The notes beneath the pieces are model-generated. The model searched no databases. It was given only the letters and a program-made list of their open reading frames with translations, and was not told the origin of the DNA. From an uncultured bacterium (GTDB taxonomy: Bacteria > Patescibacteriota > Minisyncoccia > Phycocordibacterales > UBA6065): a DNA stretch of 64,000 nucleotides. Made by a program: the position numbers and the translations under genes. Position 1 is the first letter of the stretch. Each line of letters begins with the position of its first letter. The stretch lies in the NCBI GenBank assembly GCA_963841935.1, contig CAWJEP010000005.1, forward strand, positions 164,003 through 228,002, in the 5' to 3' direction. Positions 19,148 to 28,846 of the stretch are shown one piece after another.

Positions 19148-19675
19148 TTATAAGTCCGGCGTCTCTTCGAATTTCTTCAAAGCTTCTTTTACCTTATCAA
19201 ACTCCGGCAACTCTTCAAGTTTGGCGACGCCGAGATGGGCGAGGAGATCAGTCGTCGGCTTGTATAGAAATCCCCTTCCGCCGTCTACTTCCCTTTCAAT
19301 AAGTCCGCGAATAAGCAAATTGCGCAAAATGAAAGAAGAATTAACGCCACGAATATAATCAATCTCGCTTCTCTTTGCCGAACCCTTGTAAAGAATCACG
19401 GCGATGGTTTCAAGTCCGGCTTTGCCCAAATCTCTCGAGAGTTCTTCTTTCGTCAGCGTCTCGATGAGCGCCGAAACGGAGGGCGATGTGCGGAGTTCCA
19501 CTTCTTCTCCGTTACGAATCAAAGATATACCTCGATTCACGAGTGTATTTTCCAATTCCGAAAGCGCGGCGGCGATTTCGGATTCTTTGACTTTCAAAGC
19601 GGCGGCGAGTTTCTTTGTTGTCATCGGTTCGGCTTTGAAAAAAAGCACCGCTTCTATTTGCGATGAGAGATTCAT
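19148..19675 (-). CDS. scpB: Segregation and condensation protein B
   Basis: ScpB winged-helix repeats. It lies directly downstream of scpA. Confidence 0.8.
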   Translation of the reverse strand: MNLSSQIEAVLFFKAEPMTTKKLAAALKVKESEIAAALSELENTLVNRGISLIRNGEEVELRTSPSVSALIETLTKEELSRDLGKAGLETIAVILYKGSAKRSEIDYIRGVNSSFILRNLLIRGLIEREVDGGRGFLYKPTTDLLAHLGVAKLEELPEFDKVKEALKKFEETPDL

Positions 19676-19678
19676 ATT

Positions 19679-20395
19679 TTATTGTTCGGAAACTGCGACT
19701 TTTTCCGTCTCCATTACAATATCATCAAAATGCCTTTCTTGAACGACGGAAATTATTCCCTGCTTCACGAGCTCGAGCATAGCGAGAAAGCTAATGATGA
19801 CATTGACCTTTCCCTCTTTGTCTTTGGCGAATTCCTTGAAACTCATTTTAAGTCCCGTTGTGATTCGGTTCGTGAGATTGGAAATCATTTCCTCGAGCGA
19901 AATGACTTTGTCCACGACGGCTTTCGGCAAGAATTCTTTTTTCGGCAAATTGGCAAGCACCGCGCCGATACTTTCAAAGAGGTTGGAAAGCGTCATTGAA
20001 TTGTCCGGCGAGAAAACCGGCTCGATTTTCCTTTCTGCCCGGGCGAAAAGAAAATTTTTGCCGAAAATCTTCTGCAAAGCGGCGGCTCGCTCGCGATACA
20101 TTTTGTATAGAGCGAGCCGCCGCTCGAGATCCGCTATATTGCCTTTTTCGTCTTCCGAGAGTTCCAAATTCGGCAAGAGAGATTTCGATTTGATGAGAAG
20201 CAGGGTCGAGGCGATGAGCACGAATTGCGCCGATTCCGAAAGCGGAAAATCCCCCACCGTTCTCACATACGCGACATAATCGTCGGCGACTTTGGAAAGC
20301 GATATGTCGTTTATGAAAAGTTTCCTCTTCTCGATGAGGTCGAGCAAAAGTTCCAGCGGTCCTTCGAATTTCTCGTGTTTCAGCGCAAAAGGCAT
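19679..20395 (-). CDS. scpA: Segregation and condensation protein A
   Basis: 'FEGPLELLLDLIEKRKLFINDISLSKVADDYV' matches ScpA. Confidence 0.85.
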   Translation of the reverse strand: MPFALKHEKFEGPLELLLDLIEKRKLFINDISLSKVADDYVAYVRTVGDFPLSESAQFVLIASTLLLIKSKSLLPNLELSEDEKGNIADLERRLALYKMYRERAAALQKIFGKNFLFARAERKIEPVFSPDNSMTLSNLFESIGAVLANLPKKEFLPKAVVDKVISLEEMISNLTNRITTGLKMSFKEFAKDKEGKVNVIISFLAMLELVKQGIISVVQERHFDDIVMETEKVAVSEQ

Positions 20396-20396
20396 T

Positions 20397-21797
20397 TTAT
20401 TTCTTCGCTTTCTTGATTTCTATACCGAGTTCGCGCAGTTGCTCGGAGGAAACTTCCGACGGAGCTTTCATCATCAGGTCGCGACCTTCGCCGGTCTTGG
20501 CGAAAGCGATGACTTCGCGAATGTTCGGTTCGTTTTGGAGAATCGCCATAAGTCTGTCTATGCCCCACGCGATTCCTCCGTGCGGCGGCGCGCCATAGGA
20601 AAGCGCATCGAGCATGTGACCGAAATTTTCTTTTATTTTTTCCGGTTTGTGTCCCATAATTTCAAAAACTTTCTGCAAAGCTTCCGGCCGATGATTTCTT
20701 ATGCCGCCGCCACCAAGCTCGTAACCGTTTAACACGATGTCGTATTGCGTGGCGACTATTTCTCCGATTTTTTCTTTCTTCATAAGCAAATCCATATCTT
20801 CCGGCCTCGGCGCGGAAAAAGGATTGTGACTGAATGTCCAACCACCTTCGTCCGTTTTTTCGAATTGAGGAAAATCTATGACCCAACAGAAAGCCAAAAG
20901 GTTCGGGTCATTCTTGTCCGAGCGAATGTCCGGCTTATCGCTTTTGTATTTTTCCATCGCTTCCTTGTACGAAATTCTCGGAAAAGGAATGGCTTGGATT
21001 TTTTTCTGGGGCGCAAGGGTCTTTACGAGTTCTATGAGAAGTTTTTCGTTGAGCGCCATTACATCTTCCTGCTCGACGAAACTTATTTCCATATCAAGCT
21101 GGGTAAATTCCGGCTGGCGGTCGCCGCGAGTGTCTTCGTCACGCATACAACGCGCGAATTGAAAATATTTTTCAAAACCCGCGACCATTAGAAGCTGTTT
21201 GTATTGCTGGGGCGATTGAGGCAAAGCGTAGAATTTTCCGTTTTCGAGTCTCGACGGCACGATATAGTCGCGCGAACCTTCCGGCGTGGATTTTGTCAGC
21301 ATAGGCGTCTCGATTTCCGTGAAGCCTTCTTTCGTAAGCCAATTCCTGACGAAAAGATTGACCGCGTGGCGAAGACGCACATTTCCCTGCATTCTAGGGC
21401 GACGCAAATCTAGATAGCGGTATGTCAGACGGCTCTCCTCGCCGATTTCTTTACCGTCGCTTCGCACATCGATTGGCGGCGTCTGTGCTTCGTTAAGTAC
21501 GCTAATTTTAAGAATTTCGAGTTCGATAGTGCCGTTTTGTTTGTCTTTTTGAATATTTTTTTCCGGTCTGCCGTTTATTTTTCCTTCGACTTCGACGACC
21601 CACTCCGAGCGAACCTTTGAACCGACTTCGTGGGCCTCTTTGGCGTTCGGAAGAATGACGCCTTGGACATAGCCAGTCATATCGCGGAAATCAAAGAAAA
21701 TCATTTTGCCTTGGTCGCGACGAATATCCACCCAGCCTTTTATCGTAACTTTCTCTCCGACTTCTTTCTCCAAATCTTTTATGTATGTTCTTTTCAT
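20397..21797 (-). CDS. aspS: Aspartyl-tRNA synthetase (compact form lacking the bacterial GAD insertion)
   Basis: Class II motif 2 'FRDEDTRGDRQPEFTQLDMEISF', motif 3 'PPHGGIAWGIDRLMAIL', N-terminal OB fold. Confidence 0.85.
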   Translation of the reverse strand: MKRTYIKDLEKEVGEKVTIKGWVDIRRDQGKMIFFDFRDMTGYVQGVILPNAKEAHEVGSKVRSEWVVEVEGKINGRPEKNIQKDKQNGTIELEILKISVLNEAQTPPIDVRSDGKEIGEESRLTYRYLDLRRPRMQGNVRLRHAVNLFVRNWLTKEGFTEIETPMLTKSTPEGSRDYIVPSRLENGKFYALPQSPQQYKQLLMVAGFEKYFQFARCMRDEDTRGDRQPEFTQLDMEISFVEQEDVMALNEKLLIELVKTLAPQKKIQAIPFPRISYKEAMEKYKSDKPDIRSDKNDPNLLAFCWVIDFPQFEKTDEGGWTFSHNPFSAPRPEDMDLLMKKEKIGEIVATQYDIVLNGYELGGGGIRNHRPEALQKVFEIMGHKPEKIKENFGHMLDALSYGAPPHGGIAWGIDRLMAILQNEPNIREVIAFAKTGEGRDLMMKAPSEVSSEQLRELGIEIKKAKK

Positions 21798-21801
21798 ATT
21801 T

Positions 21802-22758
21802 TTATCTTACGCCAATGGCTTTTCGCACGATTTCCATTTTCTTCTCGGCCGCTTCGCGAGCCCTATCGGCACCCTTTGCTAAAATTTTCAAAACTTTCTT
21901 CGGGTCGCGCGCGATTTTCTCCCTGCGCTCGCGAAGCGGCCGGATAAATGCGATGAGGTCGGCAATCAAAGTTTCTTTCAAATCCTTGTACTTGCCTTTC
22001 TTCTCCGCGTATAGTTTTTCAAGCTCGGCTTTCGAGCGGAAGAGTGAGTGAATGGCATAGACATTTTCCGGTCTTTCGCCGGAAGAATCTGTGACAATTG
22101 TCATAACAAATTTCCTTATTTCTTCATCTGTCGCGAAAAGTCCGAGGTCATTGCCGTAGCTTTTAGACATCTTCCGGCCGTCATTTCCGGGAACAACCGC
22201 GACGGTCGAGAGAATCAAATCGGTCGGCAATTTGAAAACTTCGCTGTGCGAAAGTTCTGTTGAATTTTTGCGCCGTGTCGCGCGCGTATTCGACATGTTG
22301 TTTTTGGTCCTGCCCCACCGGCACGACATCGGTGTCGTAAAGCAAAATATCCGCCGCCATAAGCATCGGGTAATTGAAAGTGCCGACAGAGATTTCCTTG
22401 TCTTTGGCTTCGGCGTTTTTGTAAGCGTGCGCGCGCATTAGATATGGCATCGTCGTGATGGTGTCGAATATCCAAGCAAGCTCGGTATGCGTCGAGAACG
22501 TCGGATTGTTTGAAGATTACAGACTTCTTCGGGTCGAGGCCGATGGCGAGATAGTCGATGGCGAGGTTCAAGATTAAGTTGCGCATTTCCGTCGCCGTTT
22601 TGAATGAGATTTAGTCCGTGATAATCGGCAATGAAAAAGTAGCAGTCGTATTTGTCCTGCAAGTCGACGAATTGCTTCATCGCGCCGAAATAATTGCCTA
22701 TATGCGGCCGTCCCGTCGGTTTGACGCCCGAAAGAAGGATTTTCTTAGCCATCGCCAA
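21802..22758 (-). pseudogene. trpS: Tryptophanyl-tRNA synthetase, fragmented into 4 reading frames by at least 3 short indels (about 22255, 22490, 22590)
   Basis: ORF pieces 22438-22758 (HIGH 'TGRPHIGNY'), 22215-22586, 22181-22450 and 21802-22329 ('KMSKS') read in order as one TrpRS of about 319 aa. Removing a single C near 22490 restores 'VLEHTELAWIFD'. Confidence 0.75.
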
Positions 22759-22773
22759 ATAATACCAAAAAAT

Positions 22774-23361
22774 CTAACTTTTTTCAGCTGTTTTAAAAAT
22801 CCTCTTTCTTAATACCGAAATCGATAATAATAGGTTTATAAAAACAAGGTAAACGGGAAAAATATATTGTGGGAGTATCCATATTTTAACCGCAGCAAAA
22901 GCCGACACGGCGTTGATTATTCCTGTGGTAAATGGGTAAACATTCTCCGTTTCGGGGTATTTCCACGCCTTTATAATTGTAGGCAACGCAGCACTTCCGT
23001 CGCTTAATATGGCAAAGAATATAGCTGTAAGCGGATCTTTGGTAATCCACCAAAATATTAGAGCAAGTATCGAAAATCCTCCGCACACCCAATCAAAAAT
23101 TTCTAGTTTCCAGTAAGAATTTTTATTGGTAAAAGAAAAAATGAATACTAGAAGCGGTCCAAAGCCGGACATAAATATTGGAAGTGCCGCCCAAGTCACT
23201 CCATCTGCGAGTGCTGCCGCCGTAGCGATAAGCGGCGCAACTGACCACATAAACCAAGTTATCCTATTCGGCTTAGTGGTCCCCCGAAGAGTGTCTCTTA
23301 TGTAAGGAAAAATTCCGGCAAGATTGGCGAGCCCTCCGACGATAACTATATATTGGAGCAT
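22774..23361 (-). CDS. Integral membrane protein (about 6 TM), unknown function
   Basis: A run of hydrophobic helices. No family assignable. Confidence 0.5.
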   Translation of the reverse strand: MLQYIVIVGGLANLAGIFPYIRDTLRGTTKPNRITWFMWSVAPLIATAAALADGVTWAALPIFMSGFGPLLVFIFSFTNKNSYWKLEIFDWVCGGFSILALIFWWITKDPLTAIFFAILSDGSAALPTIIKAWKYPETENVYPFTTGIINAVSAFAAVKIWILPQYIFPVYLVFINLLLSISVLRKRIFKTAEKS

Positions 23362-23364
23362 GAA

Positions 23365-23721
23365 TTATTTTGAAAGATCTTCTCCAAGCTCGAGCGCTAG
23401 GATGCCGAATTCTTTTATTTTCTCGTCATAATCGGGATACGAAGAATAGACCTTCTTCATTTCATCGACCGATTTGACTCCCGGCATTATTTTGTTAAAG
23501 GGAATCGCCTTTACCATAGCGTCTATGCTCGGAAAATGTTGTCTTTTGACGACTTGTTTCGAGAGACGTTCTTTGCCGCAAGTGAAAACCAAAATATCCC
23601 CCGCTTGGATATTTTTGTGTTTGAAGCTTGCCGCGCGAGTCTCGACAGTTTTCAGTCCGGCTTTCATTTCATCGAACATCGCCTTGTCCGTCTGCCTAAG
23701 CTTAAGCGTCCACGTTTTCAT
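23365..23721 (-). CDS. ASCH-domain-like (PUA-fold) protein
   Basis: 'MKTWTLKLRQ...FDEMKAGLKTVETRA' resembles the ASCH N-terminal signature. Confidence 0.45.
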   Translation of the reverse strand: MKTWTLKLRQTDKAMFDEMKAGLKTVETRAASFKHKNIQAGDILVFTCGKERLSKQVVKRQHFPSIDAMVKAIPFNKIMPGVKSVDEMKKVYSSYPDYDEKIKEFGILALELGEDLSK

Positions 23722-24305
23722 TATTTTTTCTTAGCTAATAACCATTCCGGCGGAGGTGTGAATGTGATTGATTCCCAATAATCGATTTCGTCATCCGTGA
23801 AATCATAATGCATCTGATATATCGGTTCGACGCTTCCGTGTATAGCCTTGCTCCAATCAAGGCCTAAAATTTTCGCTGTCTCTCTGACGATTTTTTCCGA
23901 CGGACCTTCGAGTTCGACGAAAGTCGGCACCCACGGCCATGTATCTATCGTTATTTCAACATCGTTCAGCTTCCATTTCTCGCGTTTCGTTTCTTGATAC
24001 GACTTCACCTTGAGACCTATCGCGAGCAGGAATTCGCCCGTCGTATCGAAATCATCGACGACCACCGTGACTTCTTTCGTGCCGTGAAGCGATCTATCAT
24101 CAACTTGTTTGTAGCTTAGTGTGATTTTGTTTCCCTCGTCTCTAACTCTCACCCAGCCTTTTATTTGTTGTCTGTTCGGGAAATCAAAATTCTTCCTTCT
24201 CATGAGAATTTCCGAATACTCACAAACAGCCCTTGATTTTTTGAGAATTTTTCTGAATTCAATTTTATCTACGTCTGGGAATTTCGCTTCGATTTCTGTT
24301 TCCAT
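23721..24305 (-). CDS. CYTH-domain protein (triphosphate tunnel metalloenzyme)
   Basis: N-terminal 'EIEAKF' ExExK signature of CYTH/class IV adenylyl cyclase-like enzymes. Confidence 0.65.
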   Translation of the reverse strand: METEIEAKFPDVDKIEFRKILKKSRAVCEYSEILMRRKNFDFPNRQQIKGWVRVRDEGNKITLSYKQVDDRSLHGTKEVTVVVDDFDTTGEFLLAIGLKVKSYQETKREKWKLNDVEITIDTWPWVPTFVELEGPSEKIVRETAKILGLDWSKAIHGSVEPIYQMHYDFTDDEIDYWESITFTPPPEWLLAKKK

Positions 24306-24306
24306 T

Positions 24307-25545
24307 TTATTTAATTTCTTTTACCGCTTCTTCGAGAGTCATAACTTTCTTGTCGCGAGTTTGCATATTTACGAGTTTGACTTTGTTTTCCTTTGCTTCG
24401 CTTTCGTCGATAACGATGGCAAAAGGAATATTTCTGTCTTCGGCATATTTCATCATTTTCTTGAAATCGGAAGTCTCGAAAAGATACTCGGTGTTAATAC
24501 CTGCGGCGCGAAGCGTAGCGGCGGTCTGCGCGTCCGGCGCGAGAACTTTCGTCACGGTTTTTATTTCCGGCACGAGTTTTAGTTCAACCAAAGCGGCGAA
24601 AAGTCGGTCTACGCCGACGGACATTCCGACGGCGGGAATGCTTTTATTGGCGAATGTGCCGATGAGATTGTCGTATCGTCCGCCGGAGAGCACCGAGCCG
24701 TATTCGGGCGCGTCGAGAAGTTTAACTTCGAAAACCATTCCCGTGTAATAGTCTAGTCCGCGGGCAATCGAGAAATCAAAAACGATTTTGGCTTTCGGAT
24801 TGAGATTTTTCGCGGCGGAAATGATTTTCTCCAGTTCGCTTCCCGCCGGCAATTTCTTTTCAGCAATTACCTTTACCAGTTTTTTATCAACACCGATTTC
24901 GGCCAACTCTTTTGCCACGATTTCTTCGCCGATTTTGTCCAACTTGTCGATTATTCGCAATATCGAAGTCTTTTTCTCCGCGGAAATTTTCTGCTCATCA
25001 AAAAAACTATCTAGAAGTCTGCGGTCGTTCACTCGTATCTCGAAATTTTTCACACCAAGTTTTTCGAGAGTAAATCCCGCGAGCGCGAGGATTTCCGCGT
25101 CGGCATTTATACTGTCACTTCCGACGATATCCGCATCGCACTGGCAGAATTCGCGATACCTCCCCTTCTGCGGATTGTCGGCGCGAAAAACATTGGCTAT
25201 TTGATATCGCTTGAAAGGCTTTTTGATATCGCCATACTGCGCGACGACGCGAGCGAGAGGTATCGTCAGGTCATAGCGAAGCGCCACGTCGCGGTCGCCG
25301 TTGTCCTTGAATCGATACATTAGTTTGTCGCCTTCATCGCCGTATTTGCCGGTCAAAATATCGGAGTATTCGAGTGTCGGAGTTTCAATCGGAGAGAAAC
25401 CAAAAAGCTCATACGATTTGCGTATGTTTTCGACCATTCCTTGCCGCGCTATCTCTTGTTCTGGGAGAAAATCCCTAAAACCCTTGAGTACGCGCGGTTC
25501 TATTTTGTTCTTTTCGGTCATTTCCAAAATATACAATATTTTCAA
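24307..25545 (-). CDS. hisS: Histidyl-tRNA synthetase
   Basis: Class II motifs ('FRDFLPE', 'KRYQIANVFRADNPQKGRYREFCQCD') and a C-terminal anticodon-binding domain. Confidence 0.88.
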   Translation of the reverse strand: MKILYILEMTEKNKIEPRVLKGFRDFLPEQEIARQGMVENIRKSYELFGFSPIETPTLEYSDILTGKYGDEGDKLMYRFKDNGDRDVALRYDLTIPLARVVAQYGDIKKPFKRYQIANVFRADNPQKGRYREFCQCDADIVGSDSINADAEILALAGFTLEKLGVKNFEIRVNDRRLLDSFFDEQKISAEKKTSILRIIDKLDKIGEEIVAKELAEIGVDKKLVKVIAEKKLPAGSELEKIISAAKNLNPKAKIVFDFSIARGLDYYTGMVFEVKLLDAPEYGSVLSGGRYDNLIGTFANKSIPAVGMSVGVDRLFAALVELKLVPEIKTVTKVLAPDAQTAATLRAAGINTEYLFETSDFKKMMKYAEDRNIPFAIVIDESEAKENKVKLVNMQTRDKKVMTLEEAVKEIK

Positions 25546-25581
25546 GCTTTTTTAAAGCCCAAAGAAATCAGGGACTGATAT

Positions 25582-25610
25582 TTGACCGAGTGAAATTAGT
25601 GTGATATTAT
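25582..25610 (+). promoter_or_regulatory. Sigma70-type promoter (-35 TTGACC, 17-nt spacer, -10 TATTAT) for the ABC exporter gene
   Basis: Near-consensus hexamers at 25582-25587 and 25605-25610, then GGAAAGGAAG upstream of the GTG start at 25664. Confidence 0.6.
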
Positions 25611-25663
25611 ATTAAAGAATTCTTCAACCATCAACAACCTAAAAAACGGAAAGGAAGTTACTC

Positions 25664-27505
25664 GTGAAGCACCTTACAATGAAAGATTGGTTCGCATCCG
25701 TGCGAAAGCTCGGGCGCGTTTCTCGTCGTGCGTTTTCAGACGCATGGAAAGATAATGAAATACTGATTGTTCGAGGCTTCGGCCTAGCAATCATCACGGC
25801 TGTACTGCCCTACGGCATCTATTGGTTCTATTCGCGCGCCATCGGCGCACTCTCGAACCAGGAAATGCGAAGCACGGCGGTGATATACATTGTAGGGGCA
25901 CTCGCGGTATCATTCGCGATCGACCTCTTCAATGTCTTGTCGTCGTTTAGCGAACGACAGTTCTGGCACCGACTGCAACTTCGGTTCAATGTGCTCTTCT
26001 TCAGCAAAAAGGGCGCGCTAGGAATCGATGTTCTGGAAAACCCGGAATTTCGGGACACCGTCACTCGAGCTCAAGAAAACCTCATTTGGCCGATTATGCA
26101 AGTTGCTGAGGGACAGTTTGTAAACCTCGGAAACTTCGTGCGGTTATCTGTGGCACTCTCGATAGTCGGCGTATACGACTGGCGTTTGTGTCTTCTGGTT
26201 ATAGCGGCTCTCGTACCTCAGTTTCTCGTAGATATCCGCCACGGCACAACCCAATGGATGATTTTCAGCGCGGAGACGGATGTGCGGAGGCACTACAATG
26301 AACTGCGGCGTCACTTCATGAATCGTAATCTGCTTGCGGAACTCAAGTTGTTCCAAAATGTAGAATACTTTATGAAGCGTATGACGGGCATCCTCGATGA
26401 TTTCCGCAAGACGCAAGAGATCGCCGAAAAGAAGCGACACCTGTGGTCAGCGGTGGCCGTCGGGATAAGCGTCTTACTCATCGGAACGGTCCTGGTTATT
26501 ATCGTCTCCCGCGTCGCGCGTGGGAGTATGCCGATAGCCAAGTTCGTATTCTTGTGGGGTTCTATGCAAAGCTTGCATACGGCGCTTAGCGGAACGCTTA
26601 GAAGCATCGCTCAACAGAACGAATGGGCGCTCAATGCGGCAGACAATTATGCCGTAATGGACGCCGTGCCCGAGAAAACAAACCGAACGGGCACTATAGT
26701 CTGCGCAAGCAGAATCCCCGAAATCGTCTTCGACAATGTCACCTTCCAATATCCTTGGGACGGTCACGAAAGGGTCATTCTTCGGAATGTTTCTTTCAAG
26801 ATTCGACCCGGTGAACGGACGGCGCTCGTCGGCATCAACGGTGCCGGCAAGACAACCTTGATCAAACTTCTCTGCGGAATTTACTACCCCACCGGAGGCA
26901 AGATCACGATTGACGGAGTCGATCTGCGCGAGCTCAATATCGATTCGTGGCGCGCGCAGTTGTCCGTACTCTTCCAGAACTACGCCAACTACCACATGCC
27001 CGTGAACGAAGCTATTGCCCTCGGTAACACGCAAACCGCGCTTGATGCAAATCTCGTGCGAGAGGCGTCTGTAGCCGGAGGCGCGGATTCGTTCGTAGCG
27101 GACTTACCACACGGATACGAAACGATGATCGGAAAGGATTTTACCGGCGGTATCGATCTCTCCGGCGGGCAACATCAACGGATGGCGCTCGCCAGAGTCT
27201 TCTACCGAAAAGGCAAAGTCATCATCCTCGACGAGCCGACGGCGTCACTAGACGCCTTTGGCGAAGCGGAGATATTCCAAGAACTCGAAGCTCGTCCGCG
27301 CGACGCGTCGATGATACTCATCACCCACCGTTTCTCGACCATCAAGAATGTCGACCACATCGTCGTACTTGACCGAGGCACAGTGCTTGAGGAAGGCAGT
27401 CATTCGGCGCTAATGAAGCGTAATGGCCTCTACGCCGAAATGTTTCTCAAACAAGCGCGTGGCTATGGCATCGAACCAGTCGTTGGAAAAAACGAGGAGG
27501 ATTAA
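25664..27505 (+). CDS. ABC exporter, fused permease-ATPase (type I exporter)
   Basis: 6-TM N-domain. Walker A 'GINGAGKTT', signature 'LSGGQHQR', Walker B 'ILDEPT'. Confidence 0.88.
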   Translation: MKHLTMKDWFASVRKLGRVSRRAFSDAWKDNEILIVRGFGLAIITAVLPYGIYWFYSRAIGALSNQEMRSTAVIYIVGALAVSFAIDLFNVLSSFSERQFWHRLQLRFNVLFFSKKGALGIDVLENPEFRDTVTRAQENLIWPIMQVAEGQFVNLGNFVRLSVALSIVGVYDWRLCLLVIAALVPQFLVDIRHGTTQWMIFSAETDVRRHYNELRRHFMNRNLLAELKLFQNVEYFMKRMTGILDDFRKTQEIAEKKRHLWSAVAVGISVLLIGTVLVIIVSRVARGSMPIAKFVFLWGSMQSLHTALSGTLRSIAQQNEWALNAADNYAVMDAVPEKTNRTGTIVCASRIPEIVFDNVTFQYPWDGHERVILRNVSFKIRPGERTALVGINGAGKTTLIKLLCGIYYPTGGKITIDGVDLRELNIDSWRAQLSVLFQNYANYHMPVNEAIALGNTQTALDANLVREASVAGGADSFVADLPHGYETMIGKDFTGGIDLSGGQHQRMALARVFYRKGKVIILDEPTASLDAFGEAEIFQELEARPRDASMILITHRFSTIKNVDHIVVLDRGTVLEEGSHSALMKRNGLYAEMFLKQARGYGIEPVVGKNEED

Positions 27506-27550
27506 CTTCCTCACGCGAGCCGCGTTTCGAAAGAGACGTGGCTTTTTTAT

Positions 27551-27719
27551 TTTTTAATCTCCAAATTTGAATCCGAGCCAGAGACCGAGAAAACCGCCGA
27601 TGAGTGCTAAGAAATAATGAAGACATAGAAAGTAGACTCCCATTCCAAAGCATCGGAATAAAACTGCCGATGGTCGATCCGACAAGTATTCCTATCCAAA
27701 TGAGAGTTTTGCGTGGCAT
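27551..27719 (-). CDS. Small 2-TM membrane peptide. The ORF track extends it to 27447 as a tail overlapping the ABC gene; a -1 shift would end it '...ALIGGFLGLWLGFKFGD*' at 27559.
   Basis: 'MPRKTLIWIGILVGSTIGSFIPMLWNG...' is hydrophobic. An alternative frame gives a second clean TM helix and a stop at 27558-27560. Confidence 0.3.
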
Positions 27720-27720
27720 T

Positions 27721-28308
27721 TTAATTTTTATTAATCTTTTCCGGAATCACCATTTCTATTTCCGGCATAATGGCGCCGCTTTTCATGCGCCACCTCTCAT
27801 CCACGATTCGTTTGCCTGTATCTCTGAATCCAAGCCCTTCATAAAACTTCTTGGTTTTGGCATTGTATTCGATGAGTTTCACTATCGTCCCCTTTTTCGG
27901 GTCAAAAAATTTTCTGATTTCTAGCCACAACGCCGTGCCGACGCCTTTGCCCTGGTATTCGGGTAAGACATAGAGCATTTTCAATTCGTTTTTGTCTTCG
28001 TTTACTATTCCGGCGCAAACGCCAACAATCTTGTCGCCGATTTTTGCCGTAATCTGACGCTCGTTTTTCGGCAGATTTTTGATGCGCTCCTTTCTTTTTT
28101 TCTGATTTTCTTCCGTGTACGAATCTTTGTAACTTTCGTCCACATCCTCCGCTGTCACGCCGTGTTCCTTGTTCGGATATGTCGCGAGCCATGTCTCGTG
28201 AAGTAATCTCGTGGTTTGTAGCACGTCTTCGGAGACAGCGTCTGAAATAATAATTTTTTCCATATGATGCGGTTTTATTTTAATTCGCCATTTGGCTCCG
28301 TCCGACAT
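27721..28308 (-). CDS. GNAT-family N-acetyltransferase
   Basis: 'IVGVCAGIV...LYVLPEYQGKGVGTALW' is an acetyl-CoA binding motif. Confidence 0.8.
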   Translation of the reverse strand: MSDGAKWRIKIKPHHMEKIIISDAVSEDVLQTTRLLHETWLATYPNKEHGVTAEDVDESYKDSYTEENQKKRKERIKNLPKNERQITAKIGDKIVGVCAGIVNEDKNELKMLYVLPEYQGKGVGTALWLEIRKFFDPKKGTIVKLIEYNAKTKKFYEGLGFRDTGKRIVDERWRMKSGAIMPEIEMVIPEKINKN

Positions 28309-28346
28309 TTCCTCTGCAAACGAATAAGAATTTCATTTATGATATT

Positions 28347-28775
28347 TTACAAATCTTTATCTATAGAAAAATGTAGATATTTCCTAAAAAGCTCTTTAGC
28401 ATGATCATGCTGTTCACCAAACCATGATTCAATTTCATATAATTCTTGAGACAGCTCTTTGCGTTTACCAATTTCTAGATCCATGTCTTCAAGTTGCTCG
28501 CCTAAATGTATAGACCTCAAGCCTTTTTTATCAATTTCACTAACATAAGACTTGATCTCTCGACCAAATAAAAAATCTGAATCAGATGATTCAAAATAAA
28601 ATTTTCCGAGCTCCTTACGGTCTAACTTCCCGTTTTTTATAAAATACATAAACAATTCTTGGCAAGCTTTAAAAACTTCATGTCGACGCTCAAACAAATC
28701 AAGTCTTAATTGATCTTTTTGTATGTGTGCTGAGGACTTACTAATTTTATAATTCTGCCATGCTATGAAAGCCAA
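28347..28775 (-). CDS. Hypothetical protein, AT-rich
   Basis: An open frame in a low-GC island between the GNAT and dnaJ-like genes. No motif recognised. Confidence 0.35.
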   Translation of the reverse strand: MAFIAWQNYKISKSSAHIQKDQLRLDLFERRHEVFKACQELFMYFIKNGKLDRKELGKFYFESSDSDFLFGREIKSYVSEIDKKGLRSIHLGEQLEDMDLEIGKRKELSQELYEIESWFGEQHDHAKELFRKYLHFSIDKDL

Positions 28776-28846
28776 AATATGGCTATAGAAATATTAATTA
28801 TGGTGATCATAAACTTTATTCTTATATTCCCTCTTTTTTTAATTCC

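Noticed and set aside
27602-27610. CIRCE heat-shock operator (GAGTGCTAA)
   Set aside because: Only one half-site is present. There is no TTAGCACTC 9 nt upstream, and the location is not upstream of a chaperone gene.
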